Notes: a model not told the origin generated them from the sequence alone. DNA of 33,000 bases from Sminthopsis crassicaudata (GCF_048593235.1 NC_133619.1:298792454-298825453), one strand, 5' to 3'. Numbered from the stretch's first letter, positions 1 to 11,048 are shown. Program-made: numbers and translations.

Positions 1-769
1 TATACAATGCAAATCATAAAACTGTGTTCTTGTGTTGTAATACTTTAAGAGGAATTTTTGAAAGCCTGCAAAATATTGAGTTAATAATTATTGAGTTAAG
101 CTCCTGCGACATGCAGAATAATTGACTATTTCAATGTTGGAAATGTATTATTTATATTGTGTGTTCATAGATTTTTCAAGACTGACTGGAAATTTAAATA
201 ATATTCTCTAGACTTCAACATAAACAACAAAATAAAAGAGATAAAGTCTATATCTCTGTGACCCCTAAAGTTGAATGTTCTACTATGACAATGGTTACAA
301 GTTGAAGACATTTTTATTTCCCTCTTTACTTAATCAGATTCACTGTTGATTTTCTTTGCAGTTTCCACAGGAATTGAAAGGGTCTTTTGAATCATGTATA
401 GTTTCCAAACAGAGTATAAGTTTGTTAGAGAAAGGGAGAGGTTATTTGGCGTTGGTCTGTTTTCATATACCAAGCATCCCTGGAGTCCCTAAGATATGAT
501 CTGCTAAGTACTACATTCTCCATTATTGTAAATAAAGAATGACAAACTCTAGGTCAGTCTGGTTTATCAGAGTATCTTTGCTGCCAGAAGCAAGGCCAGA
601 GATTAATGTACATCTGACATGCCATCCTGCTCTTCATTCTGGTAAATCACTGAAGTTTAGTATAAAATCAGAGCTCATCTGATCTCACAGTGTTTTCTTT
701 AAATACTTACAATGATACTTAGCAGACTTTAGCAGACATTTCCTGATCCCCAGGAAAAGAGGATTTAAA

Positions 770-875
770 TTTCAGCCCTGACACATACTTACTAGTTGTG
801 GCACCCCAAGCAAGTCAATTAAACTCTCTGAATTGTCAGTTTTTGCATCTGAAAAATGAGAACAGGAAAAGTTCT
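770..875 (+). mobile_element. MIR/CORE-SINE fragment
   Basis: acttactagttgtg...caagtcaattaaactctctg...gcatctgaaaaatgag resembles the CORE-SINE central domain. Confidence 0.75.
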
Positions 876-944
876 GTAGAGCCATCCTGTCCCAGTTGCC
901 ATCAAATGACTGTGTGGGTGTGAATAGTGATAGAAATCTTAAAA

Positions 945-1020
945 CTTTATAGTCAATCAAAAAAAAATTTGTTAGGTACCTACTGTGTACCAGGCACTGT
1001 GATAAGCACTGGGGAAACAA
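945..1020 (-). mobile_element. L2 3' tail fragment
   Basis: tttgttaggtacctactgtgtaccaggcactgtg is the reverse complement of the L2 3' terminus. Confidence 0.75.
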
Positions 1021-1489
1021 AACTTTTCCACTGTTGGTATGCTGTACTGTACTGAATTTTGCTTAATGGCAATAAAAATCATAAAGAATCTCTACTAAAA
1101 AGCAAATTACCATTGGGAAAAACCTCATTCAAAAGGATGGTTAAGAAAACATGAACTGTTTCACTATAAAGACATGGTCAACTTTAGAAAAATATCTCTG
1201 GAATCCTGTAGGTTTCCTTCTAGTACTTTCTTAAATATAAAAATCCTTGATACCTACAGAAACAAGAGGAAATTAGGCAGATTAATTGGGAATTGCTGAT
1301 GCTGCCTCAGTTGCCTTTTAATACCACTGGAGAGGGAGTTCCATTCTTTTAGGACTTCCCTTCTTTCCCTATCTCTTTCCACAATGGAGATATATTGAAC
1401 CAGATTTTTTTTTCTTATGGAAGGTAGGGAACAAGAATGGAAGTTAACAACCAAAATTGCTCTTTCATTATGTGTGCATGTCATATTGA

Positions 1490-1600
1490 GATATATATAT
1501 ATATATCTATATCTATAAATATATAGATATAGATATAGATATATGTGTGTGTATGTGTGTGTATGTATGTGCATACACAAGAGGGAATGTATATATACAC
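1490..1600. repeat. Compound microsatellite (AT)n/(ATATCT)/(ATATAG)/(GT)n
   Basis: Directly visible. Confidence 0.95.
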
Positions 1601-1649
1601 AAAAAAGGAAACAGGAAAAAAAGAAAAAGTACTGACTTCCTACTCTGAT

Positions 1650-1860
1650 CCCAGTTATGAGGATGTGGGTTCTACCTGACAGTTCAAAAACTCTTTTCCA
1701 ATTTACTAACTAGGTCAATTTGGGCAAGTCACTTAATTTCTGTTTACTTCAGTTTCCTCATCTGTAAACTGGGGATAATAATAATATTTACTTTTCAAGA
1801 TAACTGTGAGGATCAAATGAGATATTGTAAAGTGCTTAACATAGTCCCTGACCCATATTA
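1650..1860 (+). mobile_element. MIR
   Basis: gggcaagtcacttaa...cagtttcctcatctgtaaactggggataataat...gtgaggatcaaatgagat. Confidence 0.9.
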
Positions 1861-1955
1861 TTTAATAAATAATAAACAATAATTTAATATTAATAATTAT
1901 TAATAATTCATAATAATTTAATATTAATACATAATACTTTAATAAATAATAAATA
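1860..1955. repeat. AT-rich low-complexity tract
   Basis: Near-pure A/T (TAA/AAT units). Confidence 0.85.
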
Positions 1956-2539
1956 TTCATCTCCTTTCTCCCAGCCAGCAATAGTAATGGGTTCACTTTA
2001 TTCTGAAGACAGACCAAAAAAAAAAGCAAAGAAAACAGGAGCAAGCATCATTCTTCTTTAGGAAGTTATCTGATATTAATAAAGCAAAGCCTTCAGATTC
2101 TCTTTCATTTGGATCAAGTCTTCACTGAGAAAAAAAACCTGGCACTTTGGACTGAGAGATTCAAACCTCTGTCTTGCTTATCTCTGAGACCACAAACAAT
2201 TCACTTCTCCCTTTCTCTGTTTCATGTTACTAATCATGAATCACACAATCAAGAACAGTTAAGATTGATCTTATTTTTGTCTAAAGCAAGTCTGCATCAA
2301 AATACTACTTAAAGCTGCAAGGAACTCAAGGAACAGGGTGGGGAAAGATAACCTTTTAATAACAAGACTTATGAGATAAAAAACAAAATGGGGATGGTAA
2401 GAAGAAATGGGAAAAGGGCTCCTTCCCAGTCACCTAAATTCTTAAAGAAGTTAAATTTTCATCATTAATCACCAATCCCTGGTCATAGCTATCCCATCTG
2501 TCAGGATGTTTCATTGGTGTCTTGTTAAACTCAATGCCC

Positions 2540-2600
2540 CTCTTTTCCCTTCTCCTTTTCTCTCTCTCTCTCTCTCTCTTTCTTCCCTTTTACTTTTGCC
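2540..2600. repeat. Polypyrimidine/(CT)n tract
   Basis: Directly visible. Confidence 0.9.
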
Positions 2601-2809
2601 ATCATCGCCTAGGGTGAAAAGGGAGAAACCACTGTCTTTTTCAAACAACATTACCCAGAGAGACCACTTGCTCTCTCTTCCAGGAGAGGAATTGCTCTCC
2701 CCAAAAGCTAGATTCATTTTCCTTAATATCCCACGTTAAAAATAAGTAATAAGCAAGGGCCCTCTTTAAATGTTCATTTTTAAAAGGTCCCAGAAGAATC
2801 TAATACCAG

Positions 2810-2982
2810 TTCAATTTAAGATTTATAGGATTTAAAACTGGAAGGAACCTTCTAGATCATTTTGTCTCACCCCCCTCATTTTAAATATGAGGCAATTAAG
2901 GCATAGAGAAATTTGGTAATTTGAACAAAGTAAGAGGTAATAAGAAGCAAAATTGGGATTTGAATACTGCTCCTCTGACTCC
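2810..2982 (-). mobile_element. MIR/MIR3-type SINE
   Basis: ctggaaggaaccttctagatcatt...ctcattttaaatatgagg...gggatttgaa...tctgactcc. Confidence 0.75.
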
Positions 2983-2994
2983 ACATTCAAACTG

Positions 2995-3135
2995 TGTGTT
3001 TGTGTTCAGTCATTTTTCAATCATATCCAAATTATCATCACTTCAATGGGCTTTTCTTGTCAGGGATACTGGAGTGATTTGTAATTTCCTTTTCCAGCTC
3101 ATTTTACAGATGAGGAACTGAGGTAAACAGAGTAA
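2995..3135 (-). mobile_element. Mar1-like marsupial SINE (CORE plus RTE-type tail), partial
   Basis: tgtgttcagtcatttttc...gatactggagtg...tccagctcattttacagatgagg. Confidence 0.8.
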
Positions 3136-3299
3136 AGCATGGATTTAGGTTAAATAAGAAAAACCATATCTCAGAGTCTATGCTGGTCATGCTGATGAAA
3201 GGATTCCTACAAAAGTATAACCTGTATTCTGCCCTAATTGAAAGTACTTGTGACTTTAATCAAACACTCTCTCCATCCAGGGCTCTCTCTTTCCAGCTA

Positions 3300-3400
3300 A
3301 AGCCCCCAATGAATCAGTCTTCACCATATATACCGCCAACCTCTTGGGCGGGAGGTGTTAGTGTTTTAAAATACTTCTTATTCCATATGTTTCCTGGAAA
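3300..3400 (-). promoter_or_regulatory. Candidate Pol II promoter-like module (STAT/GAS site, GC box, TATA)
   Basis: TTCCTGGAA 3391-3399; GGGCGGGA 3346-3353; minus-strand TATATATG 3332-3325 fits TATAWAWR; canonical order on the minus strand. Motif evidence only. Confidence 0.25.
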
Positions 3401-3644
3401 TGTGTTGCTCCCTTACTGGAATGACAGAATATTACAAAACCTCATTAAACCAAAACATAAGGGACCCAAAAATAAGTACACTCCCATTCAACTGTTATCA
3501 GTCGACACATTATTTTGTGCTCGTCATGGCTCTAGGTGCTGAGTAGTATATAAAAGCTTATTTTATAAGCCCTCAAGGACTTCTCAGTCTAGATGGGAAA
3601 ACTGAAGAGCAATTATAAAGCAAAAGATACACCATTCAAACTGT

Positions 3645-3822
3645 GTATGTGTTCAGTCATTTTTCTTTTCCAGCTCATTTTACAGATGAAGAACTGAGAC
3701 AAACAAGATTAAGTGACTTGCTCAAGGTCACACATCTAGTAAGTGTCTCAGGCTAGAAAAACCGATGAATCTTCCTGACTTCAGATCCAGCACTCTATCC
3801 ACTGCAGTATTTAGCTGCCCCT
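3645..3822 (-). mobile_element. Mar1-like SINE with internal deletion
   Basis: gtgttcagtcatttttc joined directly to ttttccagctcattttacagatg...aagtgacttgctcaaggtcacac...ctatccactg...ttagctgccc. Confidence 0.85.
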
Positions 3823-4214
3823 AGAACCCACACTACAAAGTCTAAAATATAAATGCTATGGGCTGCTAGAAAATTAGTACTGAAATAAATTACCAAGAAA
3901 AGTTTTATGGAAGATATGGGACTTGAACTAGCTCTCCAAGGAACAGAGAATTTGGAATATGTAGAATAATAAAGAGTAGTGTTCCAAAAGTAAACATTAT
4001 GAGTAAAGAAGCAACAGTGAGATTTGGCTGCTATATTTGGAGGATACTTAGGGGACCAGTTGAAATGAAATAGAAGATTCATTATGGAAAGGATTAGTAT
4101 TAGTTGGATAGATAAGTTAGAGATTGATAACATAAGACCTGAAATTCTAGGGCGAGCAATATTGGTTCTAATTCAGTAGCCAATTATGATAGCCAATTAT
4201 AACTGTAATTTATA

Positions 4215-4720
4215 TAGAGCTTTCTAACATTGCTGTTTGGTTTCCCTCCCCCAAATATCTCCCCTCAACATAACATCCTAAATATAGTTGCCAAAGTAAA
4301 TTTCCTAAAGAATCCAACCACATCACCACAGGATCCAATAAATTCTAGGAACTCTACATCACCTCACGGGTCACATACAAACTTCTCTGTTTGTCATTTA
4401 ACACCTTTCAGAACCTGGCACCTCCTACCTGCCTTTTCACCCTGATTATTAGCATCCATCCTCACAGAAGGTAATCTAACTTTCTTCTTGTTTCTCACAC
4501 ATGACACTAATTCTTATGTCCTTGCCTTTGCCCAGGCTTCTCTACTCACCTCATTTGATTGGTTACTCAACTTCCTTCGGTTTCCTTCAAAGCTCAGCCA
4601 ACACCAACTCCTATGTAAGGCTACTCCTTCCTCTCTCATCTACTACTCATTTCCCTCTCTTCAAAGTAAGATAATCTATGGGAGGTATTTGTATATATTT
4701 ACATTATACCATGTAGGCAA
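4215..4720 (+). mobile_element. L2 3' region, highly diverged
   Basis: CT-rich L2-like text (gttgccaaagtaaatttcctaaag; ccttgcctttgcccaggct; aaagctcagc). Confidence 0.65.
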
Positions 4721-4724
4721 TTAG

Positions 4725-4960
4725 ATAGCACAAGGAATAAACACTAGGGCTGGAATCAGGAATACTTTCAAGTCTAACTTTAGACACCTACTAGATGTGT
4801 GAAACTGGGTAAATTGTTTAACTGTTCCCTGCCTCAATTTCCTCAATTGTAAAATGATGTTAATAATAGAATCTACCCTCCAGAGTTGTTGTGAGGATCA
4901 ACTAAGACATTGATAAAGCACTTTAACATAGTGCCTATCACATAGAAGATCTTTTTTAAT
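4725..4960 (+). mobile_element. MIR
   Basis: ggctggaatcagga...cctcaatttcctcaattgtaaaatg...gttgtgaggatcaa. Confidence 0.85.
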
Positions 4961-4984
4961 GTTTCTTTCCTTCCTTCCTGTACT

Positions 4985-5120
4985 AATACATATACAAGTT
5001 GTCTCCCCCCCTTAAAGATTTTTGAGGACTTTTTTCATTTTTGTCTTTGTTTTTGTATTCTCAAAACTAACATAATGCATGGAACATAGTAGGCATTTAT
5101 TAAATGCTTACTGATTAATA
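4985..5120 (+). mobile_element. L2 3' tail
   Basis: ggaacatagtaggcatttattaaatgcttactgatt. Confidence 0.75.
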
Positions 5121-5154
5121 GATTTTAAATTAAACATTTCTTAAATGTTTCTTG

Positions 5155-5320
5155 CTGTAGTTGTCATTTTTCATTCAAATGTGGTTCTTTGTGATCCCAT
5201 TTAGGGTTTTCTTGGCAAAGATACTACAATGGTTTGCCATTTCCTTCTCCAGCTCATTTTACAGATGAGGAAACTGAGGCAATCAGAGATTAAATTAGGG
5301 TCACCAAATTGGACTCAGGT
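5155..5320 (-). mobile_element. Mar1-like SINE
   Basis: cccatttagggttttcttggcaaagatact...ccatttccttctccagctcattttacagatgaggaaactgaggc. Confidence 0.9.
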
Positions 5321-5649
5321 ACATAAAAAAAAACCATAGTCCCTGCTTTCAAGGATCTCTACAATATACAAAATATTTTCTATAATTTACTCCTTTCATC
5401 ATTTGCACCACTGGGCATTATTGAACAAAAATGAAACACTTAAAAAAATATTTAAAAATGAAACTTATCACAAAAGTCCTACTTGAATGCCTCTTCATGA
5501 CATGTAGCTCATGAAGAACTTGAAGAGTCTTGAGTTCTTGAAAATTATTCCAAATGTCACACAGATCAGATCTTATTGCAATAGACTACATGATAGTATT
5601 CAACATATTCATTCATTCATCAGACCTAATGTGTTCTGATAAGTACTGG

Positions 5650-6515
5650 GAAAATGAAGACACTATCCCTGACCTCATGGAGCATATAATTGTCACTATT
5701 TCTCAAAACTGTCCCATTATCTCCACTTAAATGGCCAAAGTCATGATACAAAATTATATACAGATAACCTCTCCCTTAAATAATTGTGAGAATCTCCTAC
5801 TGAGTCTCCATGCTCCTAGTATCTCCCCCCTTGAATCCCTTCTTCATATAATTGCTAAAAGAATTTGCTTAAAGCAGAGTAACCATGTTATTCTCCCATT
5901 CAAGAAGCTTGAGTGATTTCCTATTACATCTCAAATAAAATACTCCTCAGCTTGGCCTTTCTTTGTATCCCTGATGTTTCACATAATGTCTGGTAAATAT
6001 TATTCCTTAATCAAAGTTTAGGTAATAAATGAATGATTTAGTCCTCAAAGCCCTTTACAATCATGATCTAGTCTTCCTTTAATGATTGCTTTCCCCTGAT
6101 TCCTCTTAACGTAAGCTTCAGTTTCAGTCAAATTATTCTACTTACTGTTCCTTGAACTCAGCTTTACAATGCATTGTTATGACATAATGTAACATTACAT
6201 TATTCAGCTACTTTTTCATCACCTACTAAAATCCTTAGCTTTCTCCAAGGATTAACCCATGTGCCATCTCTTCTAAGTTCTTTTCAGATCCTCCTAGCTA
6301 TCAGTGTTTAATTCCTTCTCAAATAGGCTGATATTTTTCATTTAATTCCTCCATAAATCAGCTGATATTTTCTTACATGTAAAAAAATCTCTTCCCTTAC
6401 AGCCAAACCTTAGTAGAATATAAGCTCCTAAAAGGCAGGTATGTTTAAATCCTATACCTTCAGCACCCAGGACAGTTCTCTGACCATATTAAGGGCTTAA
6501 AAATACTTGATGTTG
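5650..6515 (+). mobile_element. L2 fragments
   Basis: ctcctactgagtctccatgc; aatccct...attgctaaaagaat; ttagtagaatataagctcc...ggcagg. Confidence 0.6.
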
Positions 6516-6984
6516 TTATGATGTCACTCTTATCACAAGTATTACAATACAAAATTATGTTTCTTATTGCCTTTGGACATGCAATAAGGCTAACTCTGCC
6601 AGCTCTCTTATTTGCTTCTCTAAAAAGTATCTATGAACCATACTTGTATTTTAGGCAACCTTTTTTTTCTCATTGTTTCATTTATATTGTGAATATAGCA
6701 AACCTGATAAGATTCACTTCCTTCTTGTTGGTTCTTGGACAAAGATTTCCGATTTAAAGTGACTTAGTTAATATTTACAGATGCTAAATTAATATTTATA
6801 GATAGTAATCAATTGCTTAGTTAATATTTACTTATATTATAAGAACTTTATTATTCTTAGCACACTTTTCCAGTCATGTTCTACATTTCAGATGTGGAAG
6901 CAGCTACATAAAGCTGAAAACCATTTTGTGTTTTTCTTTATTTCATGTATTGTATAACTGTTAAACTTGATGTTAAACTTGATA

Positions 6985-7190
6985 TCAAGAAGACTTGAAT
7001 TTGAATGCTACCTCAGGAACTGATTTGTTTGTGTGACCCTGGGCAAGTCCCTTAATCTCTCTCAGCCTAAGTGCAATCATCTATAAAATGTCAATAATAG
7101 CTCATAGGGTTACTCCAATGATCAGATAAAATAGTGTATGCAAAGTGTTTTTTAAATGTCAATTTTCATCACAATCAGCATCATAATTAT
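6985..7190 (+). mobile_element. MIR
   Basis: gaagacttgaatttgaat...tgtgtgaccctgggcaagtcccttaatctctctcagcc. Confidence 0.85.
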
Positions 7191-8106
7191 TATAATATAT
7201 ATTTTTTCAATAAGATTCTAATTAAAATGGTCCTTGGACTACTTTTTTATCTAATTCCCTGCAAACTAGTGATCCAGTAGATAAAATAACTGTTTTATTT
7301 AACTGAATAAAAATTATAAAAATTATTGGGATGCAACTCATTCTCTGTAGACTGATTAAAATTATCTTCAAGCCAATTCTAGTAGCAGACAGAACCAATA
7401 TGTTGATATGTAGTTCATTCTCTGCATAGTTTTTTTATTTGTTTTGCTATATTTTAGAATTTGAGAAGATTGATTTTCATTTTATGTAGCTCAGAGACTG
7501 AGTACTTGTTATGACAACATATAGTTGTAAAAACATTGTTTTCAATTTTTTAGGGATCAATATATGTCTGGGCAACTGTGAACAAGAATTCTGTCTGTGA
7601 TAATGATCCAGTCCCAATACACTTTGTTTTTTGAGTTCTCAAGGATATTTTAAGCCCTATATTGTAGTTTGAGAATTTGTCATCTGTTGTTTTATGAAAA
7701 ATAGTCAGCTTCTAATAAATAATCCTAGTTACTAGTTGATATATTGCTAGTTATTTGATAGGTGTTAAAACTTTTCAGCCTGTAGTGATGTATTGCATAA
7801 TTTTAACATTTCCTTTTATAATGTACATTTATCACTAGAGTTCCTGAAGGATAACCTATCTATAATTTATAATGACAAGGACCTACTCCTGAATTTCTAT
7901 GATAACCTCTATGTATCTATAAATAAATCTGCATAATTAAGATGTTCATTTGATGTTCCCTTGTCAATATGTTGAATTCACATTTCATAAATTCCTTCCT
8001 TGATAAATCACCCTTGGTTTAATTTAATAATTCCAGTGTTGTGTACCTATTATCAGACCTCCCTTTTTTTTTCACTCAGTAAAGTGATACCTGCTTGTTC
8101 CAAATG

Positions 8107-8122
8107 TAGTTTGTAAATCTTT
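8107..8122. repeat. L1 target-site duplication, left copy (tagtttgtaaatcttt)
   Basis: Exact 16-bp match to 9930-9945. Confidence 0.92.
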
Positions 8123-8127
8123 TTTTC

Positions 8128-8180
8128 TTAGCTCAGCTAAGTGCAACTTTTTTTTAGCTCAGCTAAGTGCAACTTTTTTT
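8128..8180. repeat. Two-copy 26-bp tandem repeat (ttagctcagctaagtgcaac plus T-run) between the TSD and the L1 tail
   Basis: Units at 8128 and 8154; cttagct-c-agctaag palindrome at 8127-8141. Confidence 0.9.
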
Positions 8181-8393
8181 AAATTTATTTTTTATTAATT
8201 TTATAATTATAACATTTTTTGACAATACATATGCATAAGTAATTTTTTACAATATTATCCCTTGTACTTTTTTTTTGTTCTGAATTTTTCCCCTCCTTCC
8301 CTCCACCCCTCCCCTAGATGGCAGGCATTCCCCATACATATTAAATATCTTATAGTATATCCTAGGTATAATATATATGTGCAGAACCGAATT

Positions 8394-8404
8394 TTGTTGT
8401 TGTT

Positions 8405-8452
<48 letters not shown>

Positions 8453-8453
8453 G
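8394..8453. repeat. (TTG)n microsatellite inside the L1 3'UTR
   Basis: About 20 units, one interruption. Confidence 0.97.
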
Positions 8454-8625
8454 CAAAGGAAGAACTGGATTTGAAAGGTAAAAATAACCTGGGGAGAAAA
8501 ACAAAAAATACTAACAATTTACACTCATTTCCCAGTCTTCCTTCTCTGGGTGTAGCTGATTCTGTCCATCATTGATCAATTGGAATTGGATTAGCTCTTC
8601 TCTATGTTGAAGATATCCACATCCA

Positions 8626-9929
8626 TCAGAATACATCCTCATATAGTATTGTTGTTGAAGTATATAATGATCTCCTAGTTCTGCTCATTTCACTCAGCAT
8701 CAGTTGATGTAAGTCTCTCCAAGCCTCTCTGTATTCCTCCTGTTGGTCATTTCTTACAGAAAAATAATATTCCATACCATTCATATACCATAATTTACCC
8801 AACCATTCTCCAATTGATGAACATCCATTCATTTTCCAGTTTCTAACCACTACAAAAAGGGCTGCCACAAACATTTTGACACACAGGTCCCTTTCCCTTC
8901 TTTAGTATTTCTTTGGGATATAAGCCCAGTAGTAGCACTGCTGGATCAAAGGGTATGCACAGTTTGATAACTTTTGGGGCATAATTCCAGATTGCTCTCC
9001 ATAATGATTGGATTCTTTCACAACTCCACCAACAATGCATCAGAGTCCCAGTTTTCCCACAGCCCCTCCAACATTCATCATTATTTGTTCCTGTCATCTT
9101 AGCCAATCTGACAGGTGTGTAGTGGTATCTCAGAGTTGTCTTAATTTGCATTTCTCTGACCAATAATGATTTGGAACACTCTTTCATATAAGTGGAAATA
9201 GTTTCAATTTCATCATCTGAAAATTGTTCATATCCTTTGACCATTTATCAACTGGAGAATGGCTTGATTTCTTACAAATTAAAGTCAATTCTTTGTATAT
9301 TTTGGAGATGAGGCCTTTAACTGTAAAATATTTTCCCAATTTGTTACTTCCTTTCTAATCTTGTTTGCATTAGTTTTGTTTGTGCAAAAGCCTTTTAATT
9401 TGGTGTAATCAAAATTTTCTATTTTGTGATCAATAATGATCTCTAGTTCTCCTTTGGTCACAAATTCCTTCCTCCTCCACAAGTCTGAGAGGTAAACTAT
9501 CCTATGTTCCTCTAATTTATTTATGATCTCATTCTTTATGCCTAATTATGGACCCATTTTGATCTTATCTTAGTATGTGGTATTAAGTGTGGGTCCATGC
9601 CTAATTTCTGCCATGCTAATTTCTAGTTTCCCAGCAGTTTTTGTCAAATAATGAATTCTTATCTCAAAAGTTGGGATCTTTGGATTTGTCAAACACTAGA
9701 TTGCTATTTTTATTCACTATCTTGTCTTGTGAACCAAAGCTATTCCATTGATCAACTAATCTATTTCTTAGCCAATACCAAATTGTTTTGGTGACTGCTG
9801 CTTTATAATATAGTTCTAGATCAGGTATAGCTAGGCCACCTTCATTTGATTTTTTTTTCATTACTTCCCTTGAAATTCTCGACCTTTTGTTCTTCCATAT
9901 GAATTTTGTTGTTATTTTTTCTAGGTCAT
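8626..9929 (-). pseudogene. Disrupted L1 ORF2 C-terminal region including the cysteine-rich domain
   Basis: ORF track 9664-9861, 9285-9482, 8843-9244 and 8626-8874 lie in different frames, indicating frameshifts and stops. Confidence 0.93.
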
Positions 9930-9945
9930 TAGTTTGTAAATCTTT
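9930..9945. repeat. L1 target-site duplication, right copy
   Basis: Exact match to 8107-8122; the reconstructed empty site reads TT/AAAG on the minus strand, close to the L1 endonuclease consensus TT/AAAA. Confidence 0.92.
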
Positions 9946-10934
9946 AACCTGTTCATTGTGTGATATGAAAATAACTATTGGCCCTATTCCTTTTTTTAAA
10001 TAAGTGAATGATAATATTTTATATCTTTATTGAAAAACTCTGTTTTTCATTATTATTAAATGGATTTTTGTTATGCTATATCCCAATAGGTTATAGTACT
10101 TCTTACAGTGTCAAAAATTTATGTTAAGTATGGTATTTTGTGCTACTTGCTTTAGACTTGTTTTTCCCATTTAGCTTTGATTTCAGATTGCCATTAAGTC
10201 TTAAAAAACATAACCACACTTCCTTCCTCAGAGATTCATGTTCAAAATCTCTATCTGGAGGAGATTAGGGTATTTGTAATACACCCTCCATTCACTGATT
10301 CAACTTGACCTTTTGGAGTCAAGATTGAAGTTTTCAGTCTCTAATTGAATTTTGCCTACATTAGGAGTTTTATACTCAACAAGTCCAAATGACATTCTGA
10401 TATCATCAAAGAAAGATTGCACAAAAAGGCAAAACTATATAATGTGCTTTTCAGAGGTATCAAATAACTTGACGTCATTTTGCAGTCTAATAATTGAAAA
10501 GATGCTTTGCTTTGACTTTCCTCCCTCCCAGTAACTTGAAAATGGTACCCATTTCTGTTTAGGAAAGATGATAAAAGAATTAAAGCCAGGCAAAACTATA
10601 AGGAGCCTAAACAACCTCACTAAAAGATACTCAATTTTAAATTAATTGTCACTGACATTATTTTGTTGGTTACATATTTTCTAAAAACAATCTTCCATGT
10701 AGATTCTTACTATACTTGTCTATTTTCTATATTTTTAGTATATGACTAAGCCTCAAGTGTAGAACTGAGTCAAAATCTTGAGATAATTAACAAAGTAAGT
10801 GTGAATATTATAGCTCTTTGGAGCAAATTGTCAAATGATCAAATCTATAATAAGTTGTTCTTTTGTACCCCTGGGGACTTTTTGTCATACTTCTGTTTCT
10901 TAATCTATATATTCTTTTCTATTTGTGGGGGACA

Positions 10935-11048
10935 ATAAGGATTAAGTGATTTGCCTGGGATCATACAATTAGAATTTGAGAATTTGAACTCAGACCCTTC
11001 AGCTTCCAGGGCCAGTGCCCTATCCACTGTACCAACAGGCTGCACCCA
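10935..11048 (-). mobile_element. WSINE1/MIR-type SINE
   Basis: attaagtgatttgcctgggatcatac...atttgaactcag...gtgccctatccactgt. Confidence 0.85.

Larger units (their letters stand above)
8181..9929 (-). mobile_element. 5'-truncated LINE-1 (3' ~1.75 kb), relatively young marsupial subfamily
   Basis: ORF2 C-terminal peptides (YYKAAVTKTIWYW; REMQIKTTLRYHYTPVRLAKM; CWRGCGKTGTLMHCWW; LWYMNGMEYY), marsupial L1 3'UTR, flanking TSD. Confidence 0.97.

Noticed and set aside
711-742. Minus-strand exon-like unit with perfect gtaagt donor
   Set aside because: Purine-rich, weak acceptor (ggggatcag); 32 nt is not frame-preserving; no recognisable peptide.
1254-1580. 108-aa ORF
   Set aside because: The N-terminal part translates an (AC)/(AT) microsatellite; no protein similarity recognised.
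2613-2711. Acceptor followed by collagen-like GEKGE
   Set aside because: The Gly-X-Y pattern stops after two triplets, there is no donor, and the pyrimidine tract is a (CT)n microsatellite.
3180-3542. 120-aa ATG ORF
   Set aside because: No recognisable domain, and the end runs into an L2-like tail; a length that can occur by chance in six frames of 33 kb.
7554-7634. Acceptor plus WD40-like GSIYVW peptide
   Set aside because: Stops after 26 codons, no good donor, and no other WD-repeat exons were found.
8262-8474. Poly-Leu ORF resembling a signal or transmembrane segment
   Set aside because: Translation of (TTG)n inside an L1 3'UTR.
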